NCBI GenBank assembly: GCA_030615745.1
Contig: JAUWYR010000008.1
Location: forward strand, 762 to 64,761
Source: Candidatus Zixiibacteriota bacterium
GTDB lineage: Bacteria > Zixibacteria > MSB-5A5 > SM23-73-2
Reading direction: 5' to 3'
Length of the DNA stretch: 64,000 nt
Of the stretch, positions 11,206-21,294 are shown in pieces. A model generated the notes under the pieces. The model did no database searches. It had not been told where the DNA came from and saw only the letters and a list, made by a program, of their open reading frames with translations. Both the position numbers and the translations under genes were made by a program. Numbering within the stretch: position 1 is the first letter of the stretch; the number at the start of each line of letters is the position of its first letter.

Positions 11206-11772
11206 TCACTTTATCGCCCCAACCGGACAAATGTTTTTGCAGTTGTCACACAAGATGCACTCAGTGGAGGTGATTTTTTTACCCTCTTTAATATATTTCA
11301 TCGGATTCACATCCATAGGACAGTTTTTATCGCAGAGTTTGCATTCGATACATTCTTTTTTAGAAGGTTCCATCCTGAGTAATGCTATGCTCGAAGGAAC
11401 TTTCATCACTAAAGAGACCGGACAGATGATTTTGCAAAAGGCTCTTTTCTTTTTAAAAATGAAAGCTAAAGGAATGGCTAAAACATAATAGATTCCATTT
11501 CCAACCAGAAACCAAATGAGTTGATCATACTTACCTAAATTTTCATAAATGTGAGTGTGCATAAAATCGTAACCTTTTGCTATGAAGATGTAAGGAATCA
11601 AAATAGAAATGGCAAAAACAGGAAATCGAATAAATGTATATTTTTTTGGAACAGGTTTATTTTCAGCAATAGGCAACCAGTCTAAAAAAGCAGCAGTCCA
11701 GCAAGCCCATCCACAAAAACCTCTCCCGAAAAAAATGGGTCCAAAGACTTTTGCTATGGCATAATGAATCAA
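11206..11772 (-). CDS. NapH/MauN-like membrane ferredoxin (2x[4Fe-4S])
   Basis: 'GRGFCGWACW' motif plus two 'CxxCxxCxxxCP' clusters (CIECKLCDKNCP, CILCDNCKNICP). Confidence 0.6.
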   Translation of the reverse strand: MIHYAIAKVFGPIFFGRGFCGWACWTAAFLDWLPIAENKPVPKKYTFIRFPVFAISILIPYIFIAKGYDFMHTHIYENLGKYDQLIWFLVGNGIYYVLAIPLAFIFKKKRAFCKIICPVSLVMKVPSSIALLRMEPSKKECIECKLCDKNCPMDVNPMKYIKEGKKITSTECILCDNCKNICPVGAIK

Positions 11773-12145
11773 AACACGGGTGATGATTCCAGAAGCAATA
11801 TAAAATACAGTCTCTTCAAGTTATAGATTCTCCCTTTGAAAAACACCAACAAAAATCAAAAGAAGCAAACCAATTGCTAAAATAGAGATTTTTCTGCCAA
11901 GATCTTTTTCTCTCCCTTTTTTCGAATCTGAGATAAAAATTCCAGAAGAGATCCACCCACCGATCCAGAGAAAGATTATCCAGAAACCATACCACCCGCT
12001 TAAAAGATATAAAAGCAAAGAAACAAGAAAACCTATAAAAAAGGAATAAGATTTAATATAATTTTTTTCATAATTTCTCTATTATCAACATAATCATTTT
12101 CTGAGTTTATACGAGGAGGGATTTCTTTTTGTTCTAAAAGATTTT

Positions 12146-12925
12146 TCAGCCGTGCACAAAATCGCCCACTCTTCTCATCCATTCAAGTTCTTCTGGATTC
12201 ATAAGTCCTTTATCCAAAGTTAAAAGCGCCTCTCGCATCTGTTCTGGGTTTTTAGGACCAGTAATGCACACATGCACGGATGGATGGGATAGACAAAAGC
12301 GGTGACAGTCACTTGACTTTGGAACTTTTTCTTCTTTTGGAATTTTTCTTTTTTTCAAAAGCCGACCATGCTTGGTCGCATTAAAAACTACTATCCCTGG
12401 ACCATTTTCCTTTGGCAGGTAAGGGAAAACCTCTTTTTCAGCTCCCCGGTGGGCTGCACTGTAACGAATGTGAAAGATATCGAAGATTTTCTCTTTCTCC
12501 AAAATCGGAAATAAAGACCTGTTATGAGAGGAGATTCCAAGGAATCGGATTAAACCTTTCTCTTTTAAGTCCAGGGTTTTATCTATTATCTTTTGCGAAG
12601 GTCTTTTATTGAAATAACCTAATAATAAAACATCAATGTAATCTAATTTAAGTGATTTAAGCCCCCTTTCTAAAAACCACTGTAAAAGAGAAGACACCCG
12701 CGGAAAATACTGAAGAACAACGACTATCTTTTCCCTGTCTTTTTTAGCTAAATTGCGAATAGCCTTTCCCATCCCTTTTCTGCGAAGCGCTCCCCAATAA
12801 AAATAATTTACCCCACGCTCATACGCCTCCTCAATAGCTTCTTTCGGAACACCGTAGCTTGAACCAATTCCCAGCCTGCCCACTTTTAATCCTGTTCTTC
12901 CAAGTATGATTGGTTTAAATGACAT
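12146..12925 (-). CDS. aldo/keto reductase (start moved to internal ATG at 12925)
   Basis: AKR-like 'MSFKPIILGRTGLKVGRLGIGSS'; the longer ORF-track start would overlap the upstream gene by 77 nt. Confidence 0.7.
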   Translation of the reverse strand: MSFKPIILGRTGLKVGRLGIGSSYGVPKEAIEEAYERGVNYFYWGALRRKGMGKAIRNLAKKDREKIVVVLQYFPRVSSLLQWFLERGLKSLKLDYIDVLLLGYFNKRPSQKIIDKTLDLKEKGLIRFLGISSHNRSLFPILEKEKIFDIFHIRYSAAHRGAEKEVFPYLPKENGPGIVVFNATKHGRLLKKRKIPKEEKVPKSSDCHRFCLSHPSVHVCITGPKNPEQMREALLTLDKGLMNPEELEWMRRVGDFVHG

Positions 12926-12956
12926 TTTCTTTAATAGACTAAAATACGAAAAGTTT

Positions 12957-14162
12957 TTAGATTTTCTGCATTTCTTGAATAAGAAGCGAAGCGACCTTCT
13001 GTGCACCATTAATCTCATACTTTCCAAAGCCATTTTTTGTCATCTCCAATAACTTATTTTCATCTCTTAATTTTAAGATGATATCTCCGAGTTTTTTAGA
13101 ATCATCTTTTGTCTTTAAGGGATAAACAACTCCATTTTTTTGTGCGAACTCGAAATTTTGTGGTGCAAATGTTCCAATCAAAGGGAAAAGAGCAAAAAAA
13201 GGCAATCCCAATCCAACTGCCCAATTGGTCCTTTCATGTGGTGCGGCAACAAAAGCATCCAGATAAGGCATCAACTCTATCGTCCTTTTTGTCTCAGAGG
13301 TTCTATCTTTTTCTTTGGTCAATAAAAGCTCCCAATTTTTATTTTCTATTAAATCATCTTTTTCATCCCCAACAAATTTTATATTCAATTTTTTCACCTC
13401 ATCCTCTATTTTTTTATATTTTCTCTGATTAGCTCCCAAGAAGATAATTGCTCGCATATTCTTCTGAATAACCGATTTTGTTCCCAAAATTATCTTTTCA
13501 ATATGTCTGGGAGGATAAGCACCTGAGGTGAAAAATCCGATGGTCAGACTCTTTTTAGATTTGACCCTTTCGACTCTTTGATTAAAAGAGTCTTTTGCAT
13601 CCTCTAAAGCTTCAGGCTCTATCAAAAGTCCGGTGATCACAATAGTTTCAGGGTCAGCACCAAAGTTAACAAGTTTATCTTTGGTCTCCTTTAAAGGAAC
13701 AAAGATTTTTTCAACCCCTTTTATCGCACACTCCTTTGGAGCTGAGATCTCCCCATGCAAATACCAAACTCTACAGACCTCAGAAAGTATAGTTGCTGTG
13801 AGAGGATGGGCAACCAAACATACTCCCTTAAATTTTTCGAAACTTCTTTTTATATTTTGACCGAGTATTTTTAAAAAAAATGAATCCTTTGATAACCCCT
13901 TCTTTTTTCCACGAAAAAAATTATAAAATTTTGTAGCAAGTCCACCTTTTCCACCTAAAAAATATAATCTTTTAACTAAATTCCACCCTACCTTTGATAA
14001 CCCCTTGGACTGGTCAAATACATTTAGAAAAGGGGAAACTACTTTCTTCTTTGAGCACTCTTTTTGCATAAGCCGAAAAATGCTATCTAAATAATTAGGA
14101 TGCCCTCTGCCGATCTCTGTTGAGAGAAAAACTATTTGGGGTAATTTATTTGTTTTTGACAT
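12957..14162 (-). CDS. putative GT-B glycosyltransferase (MGDG-synthase/MurG-like)
   Basis: N-terminal 'IVFLSTEIGRGH' resembles the G-x-G-H motif of MGDG-synthase-type GTs; weak. Confidence 0.35.
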   Translation of the reverse strand: MSKTNKLPQIVFLSTEIGRGHPNYLDSIFRLMQKECSKKKVVSPFLNVFDQSKGLSKVGWNLVKRLYFLGGKGGLATKFYNFFRGKKKGLSKDSFFLKILGQNIKRSFEKFKGVCLVAHPLTATILSEVCRVWYLHGEISAPKECAIKGVEKIFVPLKETKDKLVNFGADPETIVITGLLIEPEALEDAKDSFNQRVERVKSKKSLTIGFFTSGAYPPRHIEKIILGTKSVIQKNMRAIIFLGANQRKYKKIEDEVKKLNIKFVGDEKDDLIENKNWELLLTKEKDRTSETKRTIELMPYLDAFVAAPHERTNWAVGLGLPFFALFPLIGTFAPQNFEFAQKNGVVYPLKTKDDSKKLGDIILKLRDENKLLEMTKNGFGKYEINGAQKVASLLIQEMQKI

Positions 14163-14328
14163 ATTCTATGAATTCTTCGGATATAAATTGAAAAATAGAA
14201 TAGAACAAAAAAGAACAATGTCAAGTGGTATTTGAGCTTTTAAAATGAAGTTTGTAAAGACAAAACTTTTATTCTTTTATTTTAATTTTTCTTGCTTTTG
14301 AAGTGTTTGCAATATATTTTCATTCTCT

Positions 14329-15468
14329 ATGTCTCAAATTCTTTTTATCTTAATCTTGGTTATCTGCTTTTTCTGCTGTGGACAATTTTATTTCGTCTTA
14401 AGAGCCTTAAAAATAGATATTAACAAAGAACCTAAAGGCATTGACTTTACCCCACCTGTGTCAATACTTAAGCCTCTTAGAGATATAGATCCTGAGTTAT
14501 ACGAAAATCTTTTAGCCTTTTGCCAGCTCGACTATCCATCCTATGAGATCATTTTCTGTTTTAAAGATAGTTCAGACCCTGCTTTTGAAATAGTTAATAG
14601 ATTGAAAAAAGAAAATTATGATATTCCAATAAAGATTGTTGTGGACCCAAAATTTTATGGTTTCAATCCAAAGGTGGATAATTTGGTCGCTGGTTTAAAT
14701 GTTTGTGAAAACGATTTGATTCTGATATCTGATGGTGATATAAGACCACACAGATCTTATCTAAAAGAGATTGTTCCCTTTTTTAAAGACCCCAAAGTTG
14801 GATTGGTGAACAATCTAATTAAGGGTGATGGCAACCTTTCTTTTGGCGCAATTTTTGAAAATCTCCATCTCAACATATTTATTATCGGCGCTGTCTGTTT
14901 AACCAAATATGCTTTCGGTCACCCTGCAGTTATTGGTAAATCGATGCTTTTGAAAAAATCTGACCTTGAAAAGATAGGCGGTATTTTAGCATTTAAAGAT
15001 TATCTGGCAGAGGACTATCTTATCGGAAGAAAACTTCAGAAAATGGGGAAAAAGGTGATAATATCAAATCGAATGATTACCACCATCAACCACTCCCGCC
15101 CCTTTCCCAAGTTCTGGAACCGCCACCTCCGCTGGGCGAAGATACGTTCCCGTCTTCATGTACCTGCTTATTTTTCAGAGCTTTTGTTAAATCCTATATT
15201 TTTCAGCCTTATATTTTTATTCACCTCCTTTTTTTCCAAAAGTGCATTTCATTTATTTTTGATAGTTGTAATTTTCAAAACGGTTTTAGATGCGGCTCAG
15301 GGAAAGATGGTGAACAGAAAAATAAACATTTTGACCTATCTTTTTGTTCCTTTAAAGGATTTGCTTTTCGTTATAATATGGGCAACTCCTTTTTTCAAAA
15401 GGGAAGTATCCTGGCGAAAGCAAAAACTGAGAATAAAAAGACAAACTGAGCTTGTCTCTATCGACTAA
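14329..15468 (+). CDS. GT2/GT21 glycosyltransferase, ceramide-glucosyltransferase-like
   Basis: D-rich motifs ('ISDGDIRP') and a '(Q/R)xxRW' motif 'NRHLRWAKIR'; N- and C-terminal TM segments. Confidence 0.6.
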   Translation: MSQILFILILVICFFCCGQFYFVLRALKIDINKEPKGIDFTPPVSILKPLRDIDPELYENLLAFCQLDYPSYEIIFCFKDSSDPAFEIVNRLKKENYDIPIKIVVDPKFYGFNPKVDNLVAGLNVCENDLILISDGDIRPHRSYLKEIVPFFKDPKVGLVNNLIKGDGNLSFGAIFENLHLNIFIIGAVCLTKYAFGHPAVIGKSMLLKKSDLEKIGGILAFKDYLAEDYLIGRKLQKMGKKVIISNRMITTINHSRPFPKFWNRHLRWAKIRSRLHVPAYFSELLLNPIFFSLIFLFTSFFSKSAFHLFLIVVIFKTVLDAAQGKMVNRKINILTYLFVPLKDLLFVIIWATPFFKREVSWRKQKLRIKRQTELVSID

Positions 15469-15480
15469 ATATCTTCCTCT

Positions 15481-15587
15481 GGAGTGTAAATCTTTCCTGG
15501 CCGGACAGGCAGGTTTACCATTTTCTCCTTTTAAGGGTAGCTCACCTTCCCCGCAAGTTAAATTTGGAGTGTCAACCTTTAGGTTGA
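15481..15587. repeat. two REP-like palindromic hairpin elements (GGAGTGTAAAYCTTT...AGGTTKAC) plus a CCTGGCCGGACAGGCAGG hairpin
   Basis: Family members also at 28333..28355 and 62225..62247; the GC hairpin recurs at 15663..15690 and reverse-complemented at 63841..63862. Confidence 0.7.
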
Positions 15588-15764
15588 CTTTTTATCATTT
15601 CAAGAGTAACCCCACCTTGCCCTCAAGGTAGGTTTAGAGTTCATTTTTGGTAGCCGCAACCTTCCCTGGCCGGGCAGGCAGGTTGTGATACTGTAACAGC
15701 ACACCTTGAGACAAGGTATGCTACCCAGTAAAAAACCTATTATCTACAACCTATCACCTATAAC

Positions 15765-16205
15765 CTACTTTCCTTCGTATTCTTTTATCTTTTCCACCCT
15801 CGGAATATGCCTCCCTCCCTCAAACTCCGCTTCAAGCCAGGTATCGACGATTTCAAGTAGTTGTTCTTCTGGTGTAAACTTTGATGAAATACACAAGACA
15901 TTGGAATCATTGTGAGCTCTGGTTATCTGTGCCGCCTCTTTGGTCAAACAAGATGCAGCTCTTATTCCCTTAACCTTATTTGCTACGATGCACATTCCTA
16001 TTCCGGTCCAGCAGAACAAAATCCCACGGTCGAATTCCCTTTTTGCAACTGCTTCTGAGACTTTCAAGCCGAAATCTGGATAATCGACACTTTCTTTTGA
16101 ATCTGTTCCAAAATCTGTTATAGTGTGTCCTTTTTCCTTTAGATATTTTTTAACCTTTTCTTTGAATTCAAATCCTCGGTGATCTGCACCTAATGCTATT
16201 TTCAT
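15765..16205 (-). CDS. rpiB: ribose-5-phosphate isomerase B
   Basis: 'MKIALGADHRGFEFKEK...GIGMCIVANKVKGIRAA' typical RpiB/LacAB. Confidence 0.85.
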   Translation of the reverse strand: MKIALGADHRGFEFKEKVKKYLKEKGHTITDFGTDSKESVDYPDFGLKVSEAVAKREFDRGILFCWTGIGMCIVANKVKGIRAASCLTKEAAQITRAHNDSNVLCISSKFTPEEQLLEIVDTWLEAEFEGGRHIPRVEKIKEYEGK

Positions 16206-16362
16206 TTTTCCCCTTTCTCTTATTTACATTTGCGAGGCTAAAAGCCTCGCCTATCCTTGATGTCGAGTTTAGAAACTCGACCTACTCTCTTGACCCTTGC
16301 ATCTTGTCCCTTGCCCCTTGCAACTTGACCCTTGCCCCTATCCTACCTACTCAATCCCATCT

Positions 16363-17265
16363 TCAACACACCACTGCTCCCAAAGCCATTGAATAAAGCT
16401 TCATCTTTTCTGTATCTGCTCTGGATAATAAAACAATGGGTGCTCCACCACCAACAACTATACCTCCTACCTTTGCACCAGCTAAATAGATCAAAGCCTT
16501 AACCATTATGTTGCCTGAGGCAATGTCAGGAACCAAAAATATATCCGTATCTCCGGAAACCTCTGACTCAATCCCTTTCATCTGAGCGGATTTTTTATCA
16601 ATAGCGATATCAAATGCAACTGGTCCATCAACTACAACCTCCCCTAAATCCCCCCTTTCAGCCATTTTAGTAATAACTGAAGCATCGATCGTCTCCTGCA
16701 TATCAGGATTAACTGTCTCCACTGCGGTTAAGCAGGAGACTTTCGGTTTTTGAATCCCCAAATTCTTTGCGACAAAAACTGCATTTTTAAGTATCTCTAT
16801 TTTAGCTGAAACATCAGGTCTTATGTTCATACCCCCATCGGTCACCAGCAAAAATTTAGGATATTTTTCAATCTCAACCACTGCTACATGAGATAATAAT
16901 TTTCCGGTTCTTAATCCTTTTTCCTTATCTAAGACAGCTTTAAGCAAAAAAGATGTTGAAACCTTTCCCTTCATCAAAAAATCAGCTTTTTTTTCTTTTA
17001 CAAGCTGCACAGCTAACCGGGATGTCTTACTTTTATCTTTTTCATCTAAAATCTCAGCTTTAGTTAAATCAAAACCCTCTTCTTTGCAAATATTTTCAAT
17101 CTTTTGTTTATCTCCAACAAATATCGGTGATAATATACCCTGATCTGTTGCTATCTTAGCAGCTTGAATAATTTCGGTCCCTTCAGCAGAAGCAATTGCC
17201 AAAATCTTTTTTTCCTTCTTTTTGACTGATTCTAAAAGTTCATCGAAACTTCTTATTTCATCCAT
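16363..17265 (-). CDS. ptb: phosphate butyryltransferase (PTA/PTB family)
   Basis: 300 aa, PTA/PTB-fold; operon context with butyrate kinase. Confidence 0.8.
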   Translation of the reverse strand: MDEIRSFDELLESVKKKEKKILAIASAEGTEIIQAAKIATDQGILSPIFVGDKQKIENICKEEGFDLTKAEILDEKDKSKTSRLAVQLVKEKKADFLMKGKVSTSFLLKAVLDKEKGLRTGKLLSHVAVVEIEKYPKFLLVTDGGMNIRPDVSAKIEILKNAVFVAKNLGIQKPKVSCLTAVETVNPDMQETIDASVITKMAERGDLGEVVVDGPVAFDIAIDKKSAQMKGIESEVSGDTDIFLVPDIASGNIMVKALIYLAGAKVGGIVVGGGAPIVLLSRADTEKMKLYSMALGAVVC

Positions 17266-17401
17266 CTGTTATACCTCTTTTTAACCAACAGCCGGGCAAG
17301 GTGCCTGACCTATGAAAATAATTTTTTTCTGACATTTTCGAGATAAGTAATAAACCTAAATGGTTCTTTATGATAGAAGACAAATTTTTTTTCTAATCAA
17401 T

Positions 17402-18325
17402 TCACTTCACATAGGTCAGCCAGTGATGTTTGTCCTCCTCTTCGCCGGAGACGATTTTGAAAAATCTTTCCTGAAGCTTAAAAGTTATTGGTCCTCTTTT
17501 GCCATTGCCAATAGTTATTCCATCGATTGAGTTTACCGGGGTGATCTCAGCAGCTGAGCCGGTGAAGAATACCTCATCCGCAATGTAAAGTGCTTCTCGT
17601 GGAATGTTCTCCTCTTTTACCTTTATCCCCATCTCAGAAGCAAAGGTGATGACTGTATTTCTGATAATTCCTGGAAGGATCGATGCTCCAAAAGGAGGGG
17701 TTATAAGTGCGCCATCTCTTACGATGAAAACATTTTCACCACTCCCCTCACTCACATATCCATATACATCCAAGGCTATCCCCTCAACATAGCCATGGGA
17801 TTTCGCCTCTAATTTTATCAATTGCGCATTCATATAGTTAGCTCCGGATTTAGCCATCGCTGGAAATGTATTAGGAGCCATCCTGTTCCAAGAGGAAACA
17901 CAAGCTGAGATTCCATTTTCTATCGCATCTTCTCCAAGATATTTTCCCCATCTCCATACCGCAATAGCCACATCCACCGGGCATCCGGTTGGATCAACTC
18001 CTAACTGCTCGTAACCTCGGTAAACAACAGGACGGATATAGCATTCATCCAACTTGTTTATCTTAATCAAATCCAAAGTGGCTTTATTTATCTGCTCTTT
18101 GGTAAAAGGAATCTCCATCCTGTAGATCTTGCAGGAGTTGAAAAGTCTGTCAGTATGTGCTTTGAGTCTGAAAATAGCTGGACCGTTTTTGGTATGATAA
18201 CACCTTATCCCCTCGAATAAGCTCGACCCATAATGAACCACATGTGAAAGGATATGGATTTTAGCATCATCCCAGTTAACAAGCTTTCCATTCATCCAAA
18301 TCTTCTCAACTTTTTCAAATGCCAT
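17402..18325 (-). CDS. ilvE: branched-chain amino acid aminotransferase
   Basis: 307 aa; 'GSSLFEGIRCY' class-IV aminotransferase signature. Confidence 0.85.
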   Translation of the reverse strand: MAFEKVEKIWMNGKLVNWDDAKIHILSHVVHYGSSLFEGIRCYHTKNGPAIFRLKAHTDRLFNSCKIYRMEIPFTKEQINKATLDLIKINKLDECYIRPVVYRGYEQLGVDPTGCPVDVAIAVWRWGKYLGEDAIENGISACVSSWNRMAPNTFPAMAKSGANYMNAQLIKLEAKSHGYVEGIALDVYGYVSEGSGENVFIVRDGALITPPFGASILPGIIRNTVITFASEMGIKVKEENIPREALYIADEVFFTGSAAEITPVNSIDGITIGNGKRGPITFKLQERFFKIVSGEEEDKHHWLTYVK

Positions 18326-18342
18326 AACATCTCCTTTTTGTT

Positions 18343-18376
18343 AGGTTTTAGGTGGTAGGTGATAGGTTATAGGTTT
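18343..18376. repeat. G-rich hexamer array (reverse complement of the CCTACY family), left flank of four-helix-bundle gene
   Basis: 'aggttttaggtggtaggtgataggttataggttt' read directly. Confidence 0.8.
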
Positions 18377-18403
18377 TTAACTTCATAGAAATTCTTTCAA
18401 GTC

Positions 18404-18793
18404 TTATTTGGAGGGTCTCAGTTTTTCTAAAGATCTTTCCAAGCCCTTTAACATCCTTCCGCATTCATTATATCCTTCAATATATTCTTTGTAAATTTTT
18501 TCAGGGAAATAATTTTTCTTATAAGCGATAGTTAAATGATGTTTGGTTTCTCTTAGCTCTCCTAATGCTCTATTTATTCCTTCTAAATAAATATTGAGAT
18601 GTTTGTTGTTCCAACCTTCAGCCAGATTTGCTGGAATTGAATTGGATGACCTTCTCAATTGTGAGCCTAACTCATGTAATTCGAATTTGGGGAGAGTTAA
18701 ACTAAGTTTGTGAACATTTAAATGTAGTTCACATAATTTTTTATAAACCTCTAAATCCTCAAAACTTTTAATTCTCTCTTTAACCATCCTCAC
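18404..18793 (-). CDS. four-helix-bundle protein (23S rRNA intervening-sequence protein / Avd-like family)
   Basis: 'EDLEVYKK...ELGSQLRRSSNSIPANLAEGW' typical of the family; first ATG at 18787. Confidence 0.7.
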   Translation of the reverse strand: MRMVKERIKSFEDLEVYKKLCELHLNVHKLSLTLPKFELHELGSQLRRSSNSIPANLAEGWNNKHLNIYLEGINRALGELRETKHHLTIAYKKNYFPEKIYKEYIEGYNECGRMLKGLERSLEKLRPSK

Positions 18794-18846
18794 CTACCAC
18801 CTATTACCTATTACCTATTACCCATCACCTACTACCTACTACCCCC
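18789..18846. repeat. CCTACY hexamer array, right flank of four-helix-bundle gene; overlaps the last 5 codons of ptb2
   Basis: 'cacctaccacctattacctattacctattacccatcacctactacctactaccccc'. Confidence 0.8.
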
Positions 18847-19724
18847 AAAGCAATCGACATAAACTTGGTCTCAAAAGAATCCGCCCTTGAAGTCAAGACC
18901 ACTGGTGCTTTTGTGCCCAGGACTACTGCTGCGCATTTAGCATTTGCAAATTCTATCAAAGTTTTATAGACCATATTTCCTGCTTCTATATCAGGAGCAA
19001 GTAAAATATCAGCTTTTCCAGCAACAGGGGATTTAATCTTTTTGATCTGGGCTGACTTCTGTGAAACCGCATTATCAAGACCAAAAGGTCCATCCACAAA
19101 AGCACCTCTTATCTGACCCCTTTTAGCCATCATGGATAAACAAGCAGCATCCACAGTTTTTGGCATCTTTTCCGGATTTATCTTCTCAACTGCACAAATA
19201 CATAAAACTTTTGGATATGAAATTCCTAATCTGTAAGCAAAATCTACCGCATTTTGTATTATCTGTGCCTTTTCCATAAGATCTGGAGCAATGTTTATCG
19301 CTGGATCTGTAAGCAAAAGAAGTCTCGGATAATTCGGAATCTCAAAAACTGCAAGATGGCTTAAAAGCTTTCCAGTCCCAATACCTCTTTGTTTATCCAG
19401 TATCGCTTTTATAAAAGGAGCGGTTCCGACCAGTCCCTTCATCAAAAGATCAGCCTCATGATTATTTATCAAATCACAACAAATCTGCGAGGCATAAAGT
19501 TCATCCTTCTCATCTATTATTTTGTAATCATTTGAATTCGATTGTGCTTTTGACAGAAGATCTATGATTTTCCCTTTTTCTCCAACTAAGATTCCTTCAA
19601 TAACCTTTTCTTCTCTTGCCTGCTTTATAGCTAACAAAACCTCTAAATCCAAAGCATCTGCCACTGCAATTCTTTTTGGTCCGATATTCCTCGCTAAGTC
19701 CAAAATCTCTTTTAAAGTTTTCAT
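18825..19724 (-). CDS. ptb: phosphate butyryltransferase, second paralogue
   Basis: 299 aa PTA/PTB family, paralogous to 16363..17265. Confidence 0.8.
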   Translation of the reverse strand: MKTLKEILDLARNIGPKRIAVADALDLEVLLAIKQAREEKVIEGILVGEKGKIIDLLSKAQSNSNDYKIIDEKDELYASQICCDLINNHEADLLMKGLVGTAPFIKAILDKQRGIGTGKLLSHLAVFEIPNYPRLLLLTDPAINIAPDLMEKAQIIQNAVDFAYRLGISYPKVLCICAVEKINPEKMPKTVDAACLSMMAKRGQIRGAFVDGPFGLDNAVSQKSAQIKKIKSPVAGKADILLAPDIEAGNMVYKTLIEFANAKCAAVVLGTKAPVVLTSRADSFETKFMSIALGVVGSR

Positions 19725-19777
19725 GTCCCTTCGCTTGACAAATTAAAATAGTTCCGTATAATATTAAAGGAGGCTTT

Positions 19778-20161
19778 GTGATGGATAAGTGTCCATTCTG
19801 TCATCTTAATTTAAGAGATACCGATAACTTCTGTCCTTTGTGCGGTTATCCACAGGTTTTGGCTTTGCCTTATAAACCTGTTATTAAAAGCAAAGGAACC
19901 TACGTTTTGCTGGCTATCTTAAGCATTCTTTTGGGAACCTTTTCCTTTATTTTTTCCTATGCCTCTTTAAACTTATTAGGTTTACTATTTGTCGTTTTCT
20001 CCCTTGTCTTTGCTGGTATATGTCTTGAGGGAATTGCGCACAAATTCAATGGAACTCTCATCAAATATTTAGCAATCACAGGATTGGTCTTAGGAATGTT
20101 CGGTTATCTTTTCTCAATATTTTTTAATTCCCATGTCCCCACCTCAGGCTATACCATGTAA
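19778..20161 (+). CDS. zinc-ribbon membrane protein, hypothetical
   Basis: 'CPFCHLNL...CPLCG' zinc ribbon followed by three TM helices; the only plus-strand gene within the 42-kb minus-strand block. Confidence 0.4.
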   Translation: MMDKCPFCHLNLRDTDNFCPLCGYPQVLALPYKPVIKSKGTYVLLAILSILLGTFSFIFSYASLNLLGLLFVVFSLVFAGICLEGIAHKFNGTLIKYLAITGLVLGMFGYLFSIFFNSHVPTSGYTM

Positions 20162-20207
20162 AACTTGTTTTATCTGCCTACTGCATACTGCCTACTGTAT
20201 ACTCTTA

Positions 20208-21275
20208 TCAATACTTCTTCTCCTTCTCCTCTCCTTTTAAAACCCTTAATGCTCCCAGACTTAAAGCTTCCATCTCATCCTCTCCTGGAAAGACCAAAAC
20301 TTTTGCCAAAAACTTCACCCTCTGTTCTATCATCCTGACCAATTTTTTAGAAAAAGCTATTCCTCCTGTTAAGATTATAGCATCTATCTTTCCATGCAAA
20401 GTAGTTGCCATAGCACCGATCTCCTTAGCTATCTGATATACCATAGCCTCATACACAAGCTTAGCTTTTTGGTCTCCCACCTCTATTTTTTTCTCTATCT
20501 TTTCAACATCATCTGTTCTGAGATAAGCCAAAAGCCCACCACATTTGGTAAGTTTCTCATACATTTGAGTAGATGTATAACCTCCGCTTAAGCAGAGCTT
20601 GGCTAAACCCGTAACTGGAACAGATCCTGTTCTCTGAGGAGAAAAAGGACCTCCATCATTGGCATTGTTTACATCGATCATTTTTCCTTTCAGGTGGGAG
20701 CTAACCGATATACCTGAGCCAAGATGAACTATAATTAAATTGAGATTTTCATATTTCTTGTTTAACTTCTTTGCCGTTTTTCTTGCCACCATCTTGATAT
20801 TTAAAGCATGGGATAAGCTTTTTCTCGGAAGTTCAGGAAGCCCTGATATTCTTGCCACAGGAGGGAATTCGTCAACAGATACTGGATCAACGATAAAAGC
20901 AGAAACATTTGTATTCTTAGTCAATTCATAGGCGATAAGACAGCCTAAATTGGATACATGGTCTGCCTGAACTTTACCACACTTAACATCTGAAAGCATT
21001 CTTTTGCAAACTTTGTATGTTCCGCTCGAAAGTGGTTTGAAAGGACCACCTCTCCCTACTACTGCGGAAAGATTCTCTATTTTGATTTTATTTTGTTTTA
21101 AAAATTTTAAAACCAAATTTTTCCTGTAATTTAGTTGATCAATGGTTTTTTTGAAAACTTTTAGCTTTTTTTGAGAATGTGTAATTGTCTTGACGACCAA
21201 AAGATGGTCATCATCATACAATGCCACTTTAGTAGAAGTGCCCCCGGGATTGATACTCAATATCTTAAAACCCAT
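20208..21275 (-). CDS. buk: butyrate kinase
   Basis: 'ILSINPGGTSTKVALY' ASKHA N-terminus, 355 aa. Confidence 0.85.
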   Translation of the reverse strand: MGFKILSINPGGTSTKVALYDDDHLLVVKTITHSQKKLKVFKKTIDQLNYRKNLVLKFLKQNKIKIENLSAVVGRGGPFKPLSSGTYKVCKRMLSDVKCGKVQADHVSNLGCLIAYELTKNTNVSAFIVDPVSVDEFPPVARISGLPELPRKSLSHALNIKMVARKTAKKLNKKYENLNLIIVHLGSGISVSSHLKGKMIDVNNANDGGPFSPQRTGSVPVTGLAKLCLSGGYTSTQMYEKLTKCGGLLAYLRTDDVEKIEKKIEVGDQKAKLVYEAMVYQIAKEIGAMATTLHGKIDAIILTGGIAFSKKLVRMIEQRVKFLAKVLVFPGEDEMEALSLGALRVLKGEEKEKKY

Positions 21276-21294
21276 AACAACTTCTGCCTACTGA

